In this document: positions 1 to 9,215 of the stretch, in pieces | Layout of the letters: each line of letters opens with the position of its first letter | Position numbering within the stretch: the first letter of the stretch is position 1 | Assembly: GCA_019309605.1 (NCBI GenBank) | Contig: JAFDFW010000003.1 | Span: 1-38,272, forward strand | DNA: 38,272 bases | Direction of reading: 5' to 3' | Origin: Deltaproteobacteria bacterium | GTDB lineage: Bacteria; Myxococcota_A; Polyangia; Polyangiales; Houyiibacteriaceae | Notes under the pieces: generated by a model | Database searches by the model: none | Seen by the model: only the letters and a program-made list of their open reading frames with translations | What the model was told of the DNA's origin: nothing | Position numbers and translations under genes: made by a program

Positions 1-290
1 GCCGAAGAGCGAGGAGACAAATGCGCACAAAAAGCACAGAACGCCGAAGCAGGGACACCTGCGACGAACACTCTCACCCAACTGAACACTCTTCCTCTTC
101 ATCAACCAACCAACAGTCTGCCAGACCTTTAAGCTAAAAGGGTGAAATTCGAACCGAACCCTCGTCCCCTCAAGAGAGCAAGCTAACCGCTTTGCCCCGA
201 ATTGCAAAGTGATTCCCGCTCGTCTTACGTAACATATACTGGGCCCAGCCGTACCGCCCGACCGGGAGCGCCCTCAAGCCCCAAAGTCGA

Positions 291-312
291 AAGCCCGGGC
301 ACTGCCGGGCTT
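291..312 (-). terminator. candidate intrinsic terminator hairpin downstream of ftsZ
   Basis: Perfect 8-bp stem aagcccgg (291-298) / ccgggctt (305-312) with a 6-nt loop. On the minus strand it lies about 30 nt after the ftsZ stop and is followed by an interrupted U tract (UUUCGACUUU). A second perfect 8-bp inverted repeat, aagctaag (314-321) / cttagctt (336-343), spans the ftsZ stop codon. Confidence 0.4.
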
Positions 313-341
313 CAAGCTAAGTATATGAAATAACTCTTAGC

Positions 342-1559
342 TTACTGTGCACCAGGTGTGCCGCGACGTAGGTAAGCGGGAATGTCGAGAACTGCCTCAT
401 CGTGCAGCGCGCTAGCACCAAATGCCCTCGTCCCTGCAGTCTGCGGGACGGCCGCAGGCACGCCCTCGAGGGTCGAGGAGAAATCCTCGGCTCGTACCGG
501 CGCGCCTCGCGTAGCCCTATTGGCGGAAGCACCGTTGGCGCTCTGATCGCTCGATACCGCGCGGTGAAGACCGAGCGGTATCGGCGACTGCGCCATCTTC
601 TCGAACCCCGTTGCGATGACCGTCACCTTCACGGTGTCCGCCAGATCAGGATCGGTGACGACTCCGAAGATGATTTCTGCATCCTCGTGTGCTGCCTGCT
701 GAACCAAGCCGGCCGCCTCGTTGATCTCGCGGAGCTTGATGTCGGGCCCCGCGGTGAAGTTGATGAGGATGCCCGTCGCACCCTGCACCGAGACCTCGTC
801 GAGAAGCGGCGAATTCACCGCCATCTCGGCCGCCTCGAGTGCCCGACGATCGCCCTTGGCGATACCGGTGCCCATCAGCGCGCGTCCGTTGTTCACCATG
901 ATGGTCTTCACGTCGGCGAAGTCGACGTTGATCATGCCGGCGTTGATGATGAGGTCGCTGATGCCCTGAACCGCTTGGAGCAACACGTCGTCGGCGCGCG
1001 CAAACGCATCGAGCATCGTGATGTCGTCGTCGCCGAGCGCGAAGAGGCGCTGGTTCGGAATCGTGATGATGCTGTCGACCGTGTCGATCAGCTCTTGCAC
1101 ACCGCGCTCGGCGTTCTTCGAGCGCTTACGCCCCTCGAAGAGGAAAGGCTTGGTCACGACGCCAACGGTCAACGCACCCTGGTCGTGCGCCACCTGCGAG
1201 ATGATGGGAGCCGCACCCGTGCCCGTGCCGCCGCCCATTCCGGCGGTAATGAACACCATGTCCGCGCCTTCCAACGCCTCGGACAGACGCTGCACGTCCT
1301 CGAGTGCGGCCTTTCGGCCCACGTCGGGATTGCCACCCGCCCCGAGACCGCGCGTGAGCTGCGGGCCGAGTTGGATTTTCACGGGAGCAAGACTGCGGTC
1401 CAACGCTTGCGCGTCGGTGTTGGCCGCAATGAACTCGACGCCGTCGAGCCCGCCTTGAATCATCGTGTTGAGCGCGTTGCCGCCGCTGCCACCGACGCCT
1501 AGGACTTTGATACGTGCATGAAGCTCTGCGTCGTCCGCGAACTCGATCGAGATAGCCAT
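342..1559 (-). CDS. ftsZ: cell division GTPase FtsZ
   Basis: 405-aa ORF. Tubulin signature GGGTGTGAAP, N-terminal IKVLGVGGSGGNALN, conserved C-terminal peptide DIPAYLRR. AGGAGG Shine-Dalgarno overlaps the ftsA stop just upstream of the ATG. Confidence 0.97.
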   Translation of the reverse strand: MAISIEFADDAELHARIKVLGVGGSGGNALNTMIQGGLDGVEFIAANTDAQALDRSLAPVKIQLGPQLTRGLGAGGNPDVGRKAALEDVQRLSEALEGADMVFITAGMGGGTGTGAAPIISQVAHDQGALTVGVVTKPFLFEGRKRSKNAERGVQELIDTVDSIITIPNQRLFALGDDDITMLDAFARADDVLLQAVQGISDLIINAGMINVDFADVKTIMVNNGRALMGTGIAKGDRRALEAAEMAVNSPLLDEVSVQGATGILINFTAGPDIKLREINEAAGLVQQAAHEDAEIIFGVVTDPDLADTVKVTVIATGFEKMAQSPIPLGLHRAVSSDQSANGASANRATRGAPVRAEDFSSTLEGVPAAVPQTAGTRAFGASALHDEAVLDIPAYLRRGTPGAQ

Positions 1560-1568
1560 CGATTCCTC

Positions 1569-2798
1569 CTAAAAAACTTCCCTAAACCACGCGCCAATCT
1601 TGCGACTGAGTCCACGACTCGTGGCCACTTCGACGGTGCGCTCGGGCGCGGACGTTCCCGTTAGTTGCTCCGCTCCGTGCTTCACCAATCCAACGCCTGT
1701 TGCGTAGGACGGGCTCTTCACGACGTCCACCAATCCACCGATGCCCGTGGGTGCACCACGACGTACCGGCAGGCCGAGCACTTCCTCGGCAAGCTCTGGC
1801 AATCCATCCAGGAGCGTCGTCCCACCGGTGACGATCGCTCCAGAAGCCAACATGTCCATGTAGCCGGTCTCGGCAATGACGTGACGACACGCGGCAAAGA
1901 TCTCTTCCACACGGGGCTCGATGATGTCGCAGAGCACCCTACGGGGCAGCGAGCGCGAAGGCCTGCCTCCGACCGAAGGCACCTCGATAGTTTCGTCGTC
2001 GTCCACCATGCGGGATGCGGCACAGCCGTACTTAATTTTGATGCGCTCGGCCTCGGCCATCGGGGTACGCAGACCCGTGGCGATGTCGCTCGTGAGGTTG
2101 ATCCCGCCAATCGGAATCGAGCTCGTGTGCACGACCGCACCGTCGACGTAGATGATGATGTCTGAGGTGCCGCCACCGACGTCGATGAGAACCCCGCCGA
2201 TCTCGCGCTCGTCGCCGCTGAGCACTGCGTGTGCACTGGCGAGCGGCTGCAACACGACCTCTTCGACGAAGAGGTCGCAACGCTCGGCGCACTTGGTAAC
2301 GTTGGCCACGCTCGTCGATGCGGCGGTCACCATGTGCACGCGCGCTTCCAGCCGAACCCCTGCCATGCCGATGGGTTCCTTGATGCCGTCTTGTTCGTCG
2401 ACGATGTACTCTTGCGGGAGCACGTGAATCACTTGGCGGTCACCGGGCAGAGGCACGGCCTTGGCCTGCTCGAGCACACGGGTGACGTCTTCAATCGCGA
2501 CCTCGCGGTTGGCGATGGCTGCAACCCCGTCTTGGTTCATGCCGCGCACATGGCTACCAGCGATGCCGGCGTAGACCGCGTTGATCTCGACGCCCGCCAT
2601 GGTCTCGGCTTGCTCGACCGCCGCGCGAATCGCCTGGACCGTCGATTCGATGTTGACGACGACGCCTTTCTTCAAACCCTTTGAAGGTACGGAGCCTATC
2701 CCGATGATGTCTAGGCCTTCTTCGGTCTGCTCCGCAACGATCGCGCAGACCTTTGTCGAACCCAAATCCAACCCTGCAATGATCTCGTGTTCCGCCAT
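1569..2798 (-). CDS. ftsA: cell division protein FtsA (actin-like ATPase)
   Basis: Motifs GLDLGSTKVCAIV and DVGGGTSDI. Lies immediately upstream of ftsZ. I chose the ATG at 2798 (MAEHEIIAGLDLG), which is preceded by GAGAGG. An alternative ATG at 2819 adds 7 aa. Confidence 0.93.
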   Translation of the reverse strand: MAEHEIIAGLDLGSTKVCAIVAEQTEEGLDIIGIGSVPSKGLKKGVVVNIESTVQAIRAAVEQAETMAGVEINAVYAGIAGSHVRGMNQDGVAAIANREVAIEDVTRVLEQAKAVPLPGDRQVIHVLPQEYIVDEQDGIKEPIGMAGVRLEARVHMVTAASTSVANVTKCAERCDLFVEEVVLQPLASAHAVLSGDEREIGGVLIDVGGGTSDIIIYVDGAVVHTSSIPIGGINLTSDIATGLRTPMAEAERIKIKYGCAASRMVDDDETIEVPSVGGRPSRSLPRRVLCDIIEPRVEEIFAACRHVIAETGYMDMLASGAIVTGGTTLLDGLPELAEEVLGLPVRRGAPTGIGGLVDVVKSPSYATGVGLVKHGAEQLTGTSAPERTVEVATSRGLSRKIGAWFREVF

Positions 2799-2819
2799 CC
2801 CTGCCTCTCTCTGACCCAT

Positions 2820-2930
2820 ACCGAAACGGGTTTTGGCAGGACAACTTTTGTGCAGAAAAAAATGGGGTGAAATGCACTTTTCCTGCGCTAAAAATTAACC
2901 CTTTGAAGAAGAGCACTGTCCCCTCTTTGG
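2820..2930 (-). promoter_or_regulatory. AT-rich ftsQ-ftsA spacer, candidate internal ftsAZ promoter region
   Basis: At about 110 bp this is the only long intergenic gap inside the dcw cluster. It is markedly AT-rich (runs such as aaaaaaatgg and aaaaattaa) compared with its flanks. On the minus strand TTGTCC-N18-TATGGG is a weak sigma70-like pair. Confidence 0.3.
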
Positions 2931-4013
2931 TCAGGGGAGGCGGACGGTGACTCGTTCGGGACTTCGAACGTTGTCGAGGTATACGTAGGAAGGTCGCGTT
3001 TTCTCTCGGGCAAGTCGTTCGAGGACTTGCCGGAGGCGACGAAGCTTCTGGCGATGTTGGCCGTTGCCTAGGCGCACGTTCATGCCGTCGTTGCCGACGA
3101 AGAGCTCGATGCCGTTGGCACCTTCGAAATGAATTTCCGATACGGGCTCCCGCTTCGCGAGGCCTGCGCCTTCATAGTCTTGGAGGAGCGCCATCGAATG
3201 GAGGAGAATCGCGGTCCGGTAATCGAGGTCGTCGTAGAAACGCTCGGACGCGATGCCCGTAATGACCGGCAGGTCGACAGGATCGTCGACGCCCAGGCGT
3301 TTGAAGACCGCGCCTTCATCGCTCACCAGATACAGCTGATCCAAGGCAACCAAGGCGACCGGTTTGCGCTCTACGATTTCGATTCGAACACGCCCGGGAA
3401 GCTTCCGCAGCACAGTTGCCTCTTCGATCCATGGATGCTGAAGCAAGTAATTTCGAGTACCTTCGGTCGAAACCTCGAAAATATTTGAACCAACCTGGAG
3501 ACGGGCAGCCCGACGAACGTCGATGTCCTCGAGTTGATGGTTGCCCTCGATGATAATCTCCCCAATCGCGAACGCATCGGCGCTGTGGGCATACTGGACG
3601 GCGCGGTCGCCGAGCCAGACCAACGCGGCCAGCGCCAGCCCGAGCACGGCAGCCTGTGCCATGCGGCGGAGCATGCCCCGCCGCCGGATCACCCAGCCGA
3701 CCACGTTCTCCCGAAGGCTCACCGTCCGTTCACGCCAGCTCCTCTTGGGCTCGGTCCGGCGCGGCTTCTTCGGGGCGGCTCTTCGTCGATTCTGGCTGCG
3801 ATCGGCGGGGGCCGCCTTCCTTGCGACCTTTTTGCGAGGCGTCTTCTTCGGAGCTGCCCTTCGGGGCGACTTTCTCGGAGCAGTCTTCTTGGCCGCAACG
3901 TTCTTGCGGGCCGGCCGCTGGGCGGCCTTCTTCTTCTCCACCGGCTTCTTTTGAATCGGTTTCTTACGCGCCGGCTTCTTCCCGCCTGTCGATGGGGCCC
4001 GCCGACGGTTCAT
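2931..4013 (-). CDS. ftsQ: cell division protein FtsQ with long basic N-terminal tail
   Basis: 360 aa. TM helix [17 protein letters not shown] is followed by a POTRA/FtsQ-type periplasmic domain. Position is between murC and ftsA. The ATG overlaps the murC stop (ATGA). The first ~105 aa are K/R/P/A-rich. Confidence 0.85.
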   Translation of the reverse strand: MNRRRAPSTGGKKPARKKPIQKKPVEKKKAAQRPARKNVAAKKTAPRKSPRRAAPKKTPRKKVARKAAPADRSQNRRRAAPKKPRRTEPKRSWRERTVSLRENVVGWVIRRRGMLRRMAQAAVLGLALAALVWLGDRAVQYAHSADAFAIGEIIIEGNHQLEDIDVRRAARLQVGSNIFEVSTEGTRNYLLQHPWIEEATVLRKLPGRVRIEIVERKPVALVALDQLYLVSDEGAVFKRLGVDDPVDLPVITGIASERFYDDLDYRTAILLHSMALLQDYEGAGLAKREPVSEIHFEGANGIELFVGNDGMNVRLGNGQHRQKLRRLRQVLERLAREKTRPSYVYLDNVRSPERVTVRLP

Positions 4014-5383
4014 CGGCGGAGCACCTCGAGGAGCTCCTGACCGGTGCGCGTGATGTCCCCGGCGCCCAGCGTGATCACGACGTCGCCCGGAAGAGCTCGC
4101 GCACCAATCGCTTCGGCCAAATCCTTCCGGTCTTCCACCAAGGTCACGTCCCGATGCCCGTGCGCGCGAATTGCATCAGCCAGTCGACGCGCATCGGCCC
4201 CTTCGATTGGTTTCTCGCCCGCGGCGTAGACCTCGGTCAAGAATAGGACATCGGCTCGATTGAAGGCTCTCGTCAGCTCATCGAACAGGTCCCGCGTTCT
4301 CGTGTAGCGATGCGGCTGGAAAGCGACGATGATGCGCTCGCCGTAGGCTTTCTGCGCGGCCTCGAGGGTGACTTCGACCTCGGCCGGGTGGTGTCCGTAG
4401 TCGTCGACTACGGTGACCCCGGCCTCTTCGCCAACGACCGAGAAGCGCCGCTGAACGCCCTCGAAGCTTCGCAACGCCGAGCGAACCTGATCGTGGTCGA
4501 CTCGGAGCTCGTCCGCGACGGCGATAGTTGCAAGCGCATTCAGCACATTGTGAATACCTGGCATCCGAACCTCGAACTGACCCAAGCTTTTACCGTGGTG
4601 ATCGACGTCGAAGCCCACCGACAGGCCGGAGAACACTGGGTTGCGGGCTCGGTAGTCTGCCTGCGCCGAGAACCCGTAAGTCACGATGCGCTTGTCGAGC
4701 CGCGGCAAGACGTCCTGGACGTTGGGATGATCGAGACAGGCAATGACCAGTCCGTAGAAAGGAACTCGATTCGCGAAATCCACGAAGGCTTCCTTCACGG
4801 CGTCGAGGCTTCCGTAGTGGTCGAGATGCTCCGGATCGATGTTCGTGATCACCGCGACCGAAGGGATGAGATGGTGGAAAGAGCCGTCGGACTCGTCGGC
4901 CTCCGCCACCAGCAGGTCTCCGGCGCCCATGGCAGCGCCCGAGCCGAGCGCGTTGAGCTTGCCCCCGATGATCACGGTCGGGTCCAGGCCCGCGCCCCGC
5001 AGAACAGTCGCTACTAAGGACGTCGTCGTGGTCTTGCCGTGGGAGCCGGCGATCGCGATGCCATCTTTGAGCCTCATCAGCTCGCCGAGCATTTCCGCCC
5101 GCGGAATGACGGGCACCCCTGCCCTGCGTGCCGCGACCAACTCCGGATTGGTCGGTGGCACCGCCGAAGAAAAGACGACGACGTCAGCTTCGGCCACCTG
5201 TTCGGCCTCGTGGCCGACATAAATCTTCGCGCCTTTTTCAGCAAGGCGCCGCGTGTAGTCGTTGTCGCGGAGGTCGGACCCGGTCACTTCGAAGCCGGAG
5301 TCGAGAAGCACCTCCGCGATGCCGCTCATCCCAACGCCGCCGACGCCTACAAAATGGATGGACCGAATTCTACCGCGAAACAT
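4010..5383 (-). CDS. murC: UDP-N-acetylmuramate--L-alanine ligase
   Basis: 457 aa. N-terminal [17 protein letters not shown] and Mur ligase P-loop [10 protein letters not shown]. dcw context. Confidence 0.95.
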   Translation of the reverse strand: MFRGRIRSIHFVGVGGVGMSGIAEVLLDSGFEVTGSDLRDNDYTRRLAEKGAKIYVGHEAEQVAEADVVVFSSAVPPTNPELVAARRAGVPVIPRAEMLGELMRLKDGIAIAGSHGKTTTTSLVATVLRGAGLDPTVIIGGKLNALGSGAAMGAGDLLVAEADESDGSFHHLIPSVAVITNIDPEHLDHYGSLDAVKEAFVDFANRVPFYGLVIACLDHPNVQDVLPRLDKRIVTYGFSAQADYRARNPVFSGLSVGFDVDHHGKSLGQFEVRMPGIHNVLNALATIAVADELRVDHDQVRSALRSFEGVQRRFSVVGEEAGVTVVDDYGHHPAEVEVTLEAAQKAYGERIIVAFQPHRYTRTRDLFDELTRAFNRADVLFLTEVYAAGEKPIEGADARRLADAIRAHGHRDVTLVEDRKDLAEAIGARALPGDVVITLGAGDITRTGQELLEVLRR

Positions 5384-5389
5384 GGTCGC

Positions 5390-6664
5390 TTACTCCCACA
5401 CGGCTCCATCGACGACAACCGGGCGGCGTGGGCGATGAGTGGCAGAACGCAAGGCGACTTCGGGACAGCCCAGCCGAAGCATGGGCGACACACCGAGGCC
5501 ACTATACTGCACACCCCAGGGCGGCTCGCTTTCGGACGCCTCCACGGATTCCCCCGTGGGATCCGCGCCCGCAAGCCAGCCCATCATGTCATCGACGATG
5601 GCAGCAGCGGCATCGGGCCTCCCGTGGTCGCGCGCCGCGCGGGCCATGGCCTGGCGTTGCGAGGGGTCGTCAAGCAGGCCTCCAATGAGCTCCCCAAACG
5701 CATCGACCTCGAGCTCCGACTCTCGAATGCAGATCGACGCGCCCTGCTCTTCGAGCGCCTTCGCGTTCTTGGCTTGGTGGTCGTCGGCGGCAAACGGGAA
5801 CGGAATCAAGATGGACGGACGGCCGATCGCGCAAAGCTCGGCCAGGGTGGTGGCCCCTGCCCGGGCCACGATCAAGGCGGCATTCGAATAGGCGCGCGCG
5901 ATCTCATCGATGAACGTGACGACCCTGGCGCGGATGCCGAGCTCCCGATAGGTCGCCTCGACCTCGTCGCGCATCGACTCGCCGGTTTGGTGCACGACCT
6001 CGATATCACGATTGGCAAGGCCCGCCCGCGCCAGCGCGCGGGGCACATCCTCGTTCAGCTTCCTGGCGCCCTGCGATCCGCCGAGGACGAGCACCGTGCG
6101 CGCACGTGACTCGAAGCCTTCGGGATCCGCGATCGCGAGGCGCGCGTGCTCGACGAACTCGTGCCGAACCGGATTGCCAGTCACTCTGGACTTGCTCTTC
6201 CCGAAGACCGCTTCGGTCTGCTCGAAGGTGATGTACGCGCGGTCGACGAACGGAGCGAGGATGCGGTTGGTCATCCCAACGTGCGCGTTCTGCTCGAGAA
6301 GCGCAGTGGGCCTCCCCGAAAGCGAAGCAGAGAGCAGCACGGGACCGGACGCGTAGCCGCCGACGCCCAGCACTAGGTCCGGCTCGAAATCTCGCATGAG
6401 AGACGACGCTTGCCTCATCGCCGTCGGAATGCGCGCCAAGCTCTTGAACCGTGCACCCACCCCCTGACCTTTGAGAGGAGTCACGTTCAGAAACTCCAAG
6501 GCTTCGCCGCGGCTCGGAAGAATGCGCGCCTCGATGCCGCGAGCCGTGCCCACGAATCTCACCTCGAGACCGGGAACCCGGCGCCGAAGCTCCTCCACGA
6601 CGGCCAGCCCCGGGAAGAGATGCCCCCCCGTGCCGCCACCGGCGACCATGATGCGTTGGATCAT
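5390..6664 (-). CDS. murG: undecaprenyldiphospho-muramoylpentapeptide beta-N-acetylglucosaminyltransferase
   Basis: MIQRIMVAGGGTGGHLFPGLAV at the trimmed start. The ATG at 6664 overlaps the ftsW stop (ATGA). The 520-aa track ORF is an upstream extension. The protein carries about 55 extra C-terminal residues compared with typical MurG. Confidence 0.92.
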   Translation of the reverse strand: MIQRIMVAGGGTGGHLFPGLAVVEELRRRVPGLEVRFVGTARGIEARILPSRGEALEFLNVTPLKGQGVGARFKSLARIPTAMRQASSLMRDFEPDLVLGVGGYASGPVLLSASLSGRPTALLEQNAHVGMTNRILAPFVDRAYITFEQTEAVFGKSKSRVTGNPVRHEFVEHARLAIADPEGFESRARTVLVLGGSQGARKLNEDVPRALARAGLANRDIEVVHQTGESMRDEVEATYRELGIRARVVTFIDEIARAYSNAALIVARAGATTLAELCAIGRPSILIPFPFAADDHQAKNAKALEEQGASICIRESELEVDAFGELIGGLLDDPSQRQAMARAARDHGRPDAAAAIVDDMMGWLAGADPTGESVEASESEPPWGVQYSGLGVSPMLRLGCPEVALRSATHRPRRPVVVDGAVWE

Positions 6665-7860
6665 CGTGTACCTCCCGTGACCGTTGTCAGCCGCGGCTGT
6701 GGCCTCCTGGGTTTGTTGGACTCCGGGGCTTCTACTGCCCGCGACACCCCGTAACGCGAAGTATTGAGGATGATGCCAGCCGCAGCGGCGTTCACGAGCA
6801 GTGAGGAGCCACCGTAGCTGACGAAAGGAAGCGCGAGACCTTTGGTGGGCAGGAGGCCCATCGCAACCGCCAAGTTCGTGAATGCCTGAAGGCCGATGAA
6901 CAATGTCATTCCGGCCGCGAGGTAGCCGGCGTACTCGTCTTGGGCGCGCCACGCCGCGCGAAGGCCGCGAAAGACGACCCAGCCGAAGGCCGCACAGAGG
7001 AGCACGACACCGATGAAGCCGAGCTCTTCTCCGATGATCGCGCTGATGAAATCAGTGTGCGCCTCCGGCAAGAACAGCAGCTTCTGACGCCCGTCGCCGA
7101 GACCGACGCCGGTCCACCCTCCGGAGCCAAAGCTCATCAGCGACTCCGTGATTTGGTAGCCGGCACCCTGCCTATGCTCGAATGGCTCGAGGAACGCTGT
7201 GATGCGGCGCATTCGGTAAGGGGACGACGCAATGGCGGCGTAGCCGACCGGCAGCGCAACCAAAACGCAGCCGAGCAGGTAGCCCGCTTTGGCGCCCGCC
7301 GCGAAAAGCACGACGAAGGTCAGGAGGGCGATCATCACCGCACTACCGAAGTCGGGCTGCGCCAGGCACAGGAGCATCAACAGGCCGGCGACGAGCACGT
7401 GCGGCAGGAACCCGATCGAGAATGTTCTCACTCGGTTGGACTTCTTCGCCAAAGAATGCGCGAGCCACAGGATCATGGCGAGCTTGGCGAGCTCCGCGGG
7501 CTGCACATTCACGGGGCCCACGGCGAGCCAGCGAGTCGCGCCACCCGCGCTCCGACCGAATCCAAGCGCGACGGCGATCATCAGCAGCGTGGCGATCAGC
7601 AAAACGGGATAAGTCGACCGGCGGAGCAAGCCGATGTCGATGCGGGTGAAGATGAACAGGACCACGAATGCGACGGCTGCAAACACCGTCTGTCGGATCA
7701 GGAAGTGGAACCCGTTGCCGAACGTGTTGTTCGCGTAGACCGCGCTTGCGCTGTAGACCATCACCACGCCGAACGCGATCAATCCGACGAGCGTGGCCGC
7801 GAGCGTGACGTCGGGCGGTCCCGGATCCATCGGGGGCGTGGGTTTCGAGGCGCGGGTCAT
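6661..7860 (-). CDS. ftsW: SEDS-family peptidoglycan glycosyltransferase FtsW
   Basis: 399-aa polytopic membrane protein with the QPAELAKLAMILWLA motif. The ATG at 7860 overlaps the murD stop (ATGA). Confidence 0.93.
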   Translation of the reverse strand: MTRASKPTPPMDPGPPDVTLAATLVGLIAFGVVMVYSASAVYANNTFGNGFHFLIRQTVFAAVAFVVLFIFTRIDIGLLRRSTYPVLLIATLLMIAVALGFGRSAGGATRWLAVGPVNVQPAELAKLAMILWLAHSLAKKSNRVRTFSIGFLPHVLVAGLLMLLCLAQPDFGSAVMIALLTFVVLFAAGAKAGYLLGCVLVALPVGYAAIASSPYRMRRITAFLEPFEHRQGAGYQITESLMSFGSGGWTGVGLGDGRQKLLFLPEAHTDFISAIIGEELGFIGVVLLCAAFGWVVFRGLRAAWRAQDEYAGYLAAGMTLFIGLQAFTNLAVAMGLLPTKGLALPFVSYGGSSLLVNAAAAGIILNTSRYGVSRAVEAPESNKPRRPQPRLTTVTGGTR

Positions 7861-9215
7861 CGTAGCTCTCCCAGGGTTTCGACGGCTCGTTGGAACTGCT
7901 CTCCGCGCTCTGCGTACGAGCGGAACATGTCGAAGCTCGAGCACGCTGGCGCGAGCAGCACCGTGTCTCCGGGTCGGGCCAGCGCAGCAGCGTGCGTCAC
8001 CGCATCATTCATCGAGTTCGCGTGTCGGATCTCGACAGGGGAGTCCGCAAACGCACGCCGCAATAGCGAGGCTGCCTCTCCAAGCACCACCACCGCCCGG
8101 CCCTCCTTCGACATGCGCTGCCGAATGGGCTGGTAGCTGCCTCCCTTGTCGACCCCGCCCGCAATGAGAACGATCTTGCCTTTGGACCCCGTCAGCCCGT
8201 CGATCGAAGCGACCGCCGCGCCGACGTTGGTAGCCTTGGAATCGTCGATGTACTCGACGCCATCGACCGAGCGGACGAACTGCGTGCGGTGGGCCAGGCC
8301 TTTGAACTCGCGGAGAACCGCGGCAATGTCGTCGTCTCTGACGCCTAGCAAGCGCGCGGCCAGCACCGCCGCGCAGGCGTTCGACACGTTGTGCGAGCCA
8401 CGAATCTTGAGCTCCTCGACCGGAACACGGAGGGAGCTTCGCGTGTCGGTGAGCACGCCATCCATCACGCGAACGTCACCGATCCGCCCGCCGAACAGCA
8501 CCACGCTGCCGTCGTGGTCGATGAGTTCGCGAAGATCGGGGGCGTCGGCGGGAAGAACGGCGAAATCGTCGGCGTCCTGCCGCTCGAAGATGCGGGCCTT
8601 CGCCGCCGCGTACGCGTCGAACGAAGGGTAGCGGTCGAGGTGGTCTGGGGTGATGTTGAGCAAGACGGCGACGTGGGCCTTCATCTGCGAGACGCGTTCC
8701 AGTTGGAAGCTCGATAGCTCGACGATGACGAGGCCAGCCGCGCCCCCGGCATCGGTTCCTGCGGCCTCGATCATGGGGCGACCCAAGTTTCCCCCGACGA
8801 ACACCGGGCGTCCGAGGCAGCGGCTCATCTCCCCGATCAAGGTCGTGACGGTGCTCTTGCCGTTGGTTCCAGTGATCGCGACGATCGGCGCCTCGATGAA
8901 GCGCGCGGCAAGCTCTACCTCGCTCACGACGGGCACACCACGGTCCTCGGCGCGGTCGAGCTGCGCGAGGGGCGGCACGCCCGGCGACACTACGATGAGG
9001 TCCAAGTGCTCGAACGCGCTATCGGGATGCCCACCCAGCACCAGCTCCGCACCGAGCGCCTCCGCCTCGCTTGCCGCGACGCCGAGCGCTTCACGGTCTC
9101 GTTGGTCGTTGACCCGGACCCGCGCACCACGCTCTATCAAGAAGCGCACGACGGCCAGCCCGCTCTCTCCGAGCCCGACCACCATCGCGTTCTTCTGAAG
9201 GAGCTCCACGGTCAT
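7857..9215 (-). CDS. murD: UDP-N-acetylmuramoylalanine--D-glutamate ligase
   Basis: 452 aa from MTVELLQKNAMVVGLGESG. Mur ligase P-loop ITGTNGKSTV. The ATG at 9215 overlaps the mraY stop. The 736-aa track ORF is an extension through mraY. Confidence 0.94.
   Translation of the reverse strand: MTVELLQKNAMVVGLGESGLAVVRFLIERGARVRVNDQRDREALGVAASEAEALGAELVLGGHPDSAFEHLDLIVVSPGVPPLAQLDRAEDRGVPVVSEVELAARFIEAPIVAITGTNGKSTVTTLIGEMSRCLGRPVFVGGNLGRPMIEAAGTDAGGAAGLVIVELSSFQLERVSQMKAHVAVLLNITPDHLDRYPSFDAYAAAKARIFERQDADDFAVLPADAPDLRELIDHDGSVVLFGGRIGDVRVMDGVLTDTRSSLRVPVEELKIRGSHNVSNACAAVLAARLLGVRDDDIAAVLREFKGLAHRTQFVRSVDGVEYIDDSKATNVGAAVASIDGLTGSKGKIVLIAGGVDKGGSYQPIRQRMSKEGRAVVVLGEAASLLRRAFADSPVEIRHANSMNDAVTHAAALARPGDTVLLAPACSSFDMFRSYAERGEQFQRAVETLGELR

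Noticed and set aside
139-166. tRNA-like GGTTCGAA T-loop motif. The minus strand reads GGGTTCGGTTCGAATTTCACC.
   Set aside because: The flanking bases do not form a T-stem (gtgaa versus ccgaa are not complementary). I could not build an acceptor, anticodon or D arm around it. It looks like a chance GGTTCG tandem.
402-1502. 366-aa plus-strand ORF antisense to ftsZ. Similar long antisense ORFs include 1665-2165, 4310-5017, 5039-6109, 10139-10906, 11733-12305, 14236-14925, 16264-17100, 19134-20066, 20507-21436, 22182-22904, 25261-25821, 27701-28339, 30780-31790 and 34799-35566.
   Set aside because: They lie opposite genes with unmistakable conserved motifs. Their translations are Arg/Ala/Pro/Gly-rich low-complexity sequence, typical of stop-poor antisense frames in high-GC DNA. 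No recognisable domains are present.
6940-8136. 398-aa plus-strand ORF across the ftsW/murD junction.
   Set aside because: It is antisense to two well-supported dcw genes, highly charged and repetitive (R, D, E, H rich), with no motif support. It is a high-GC artefact.
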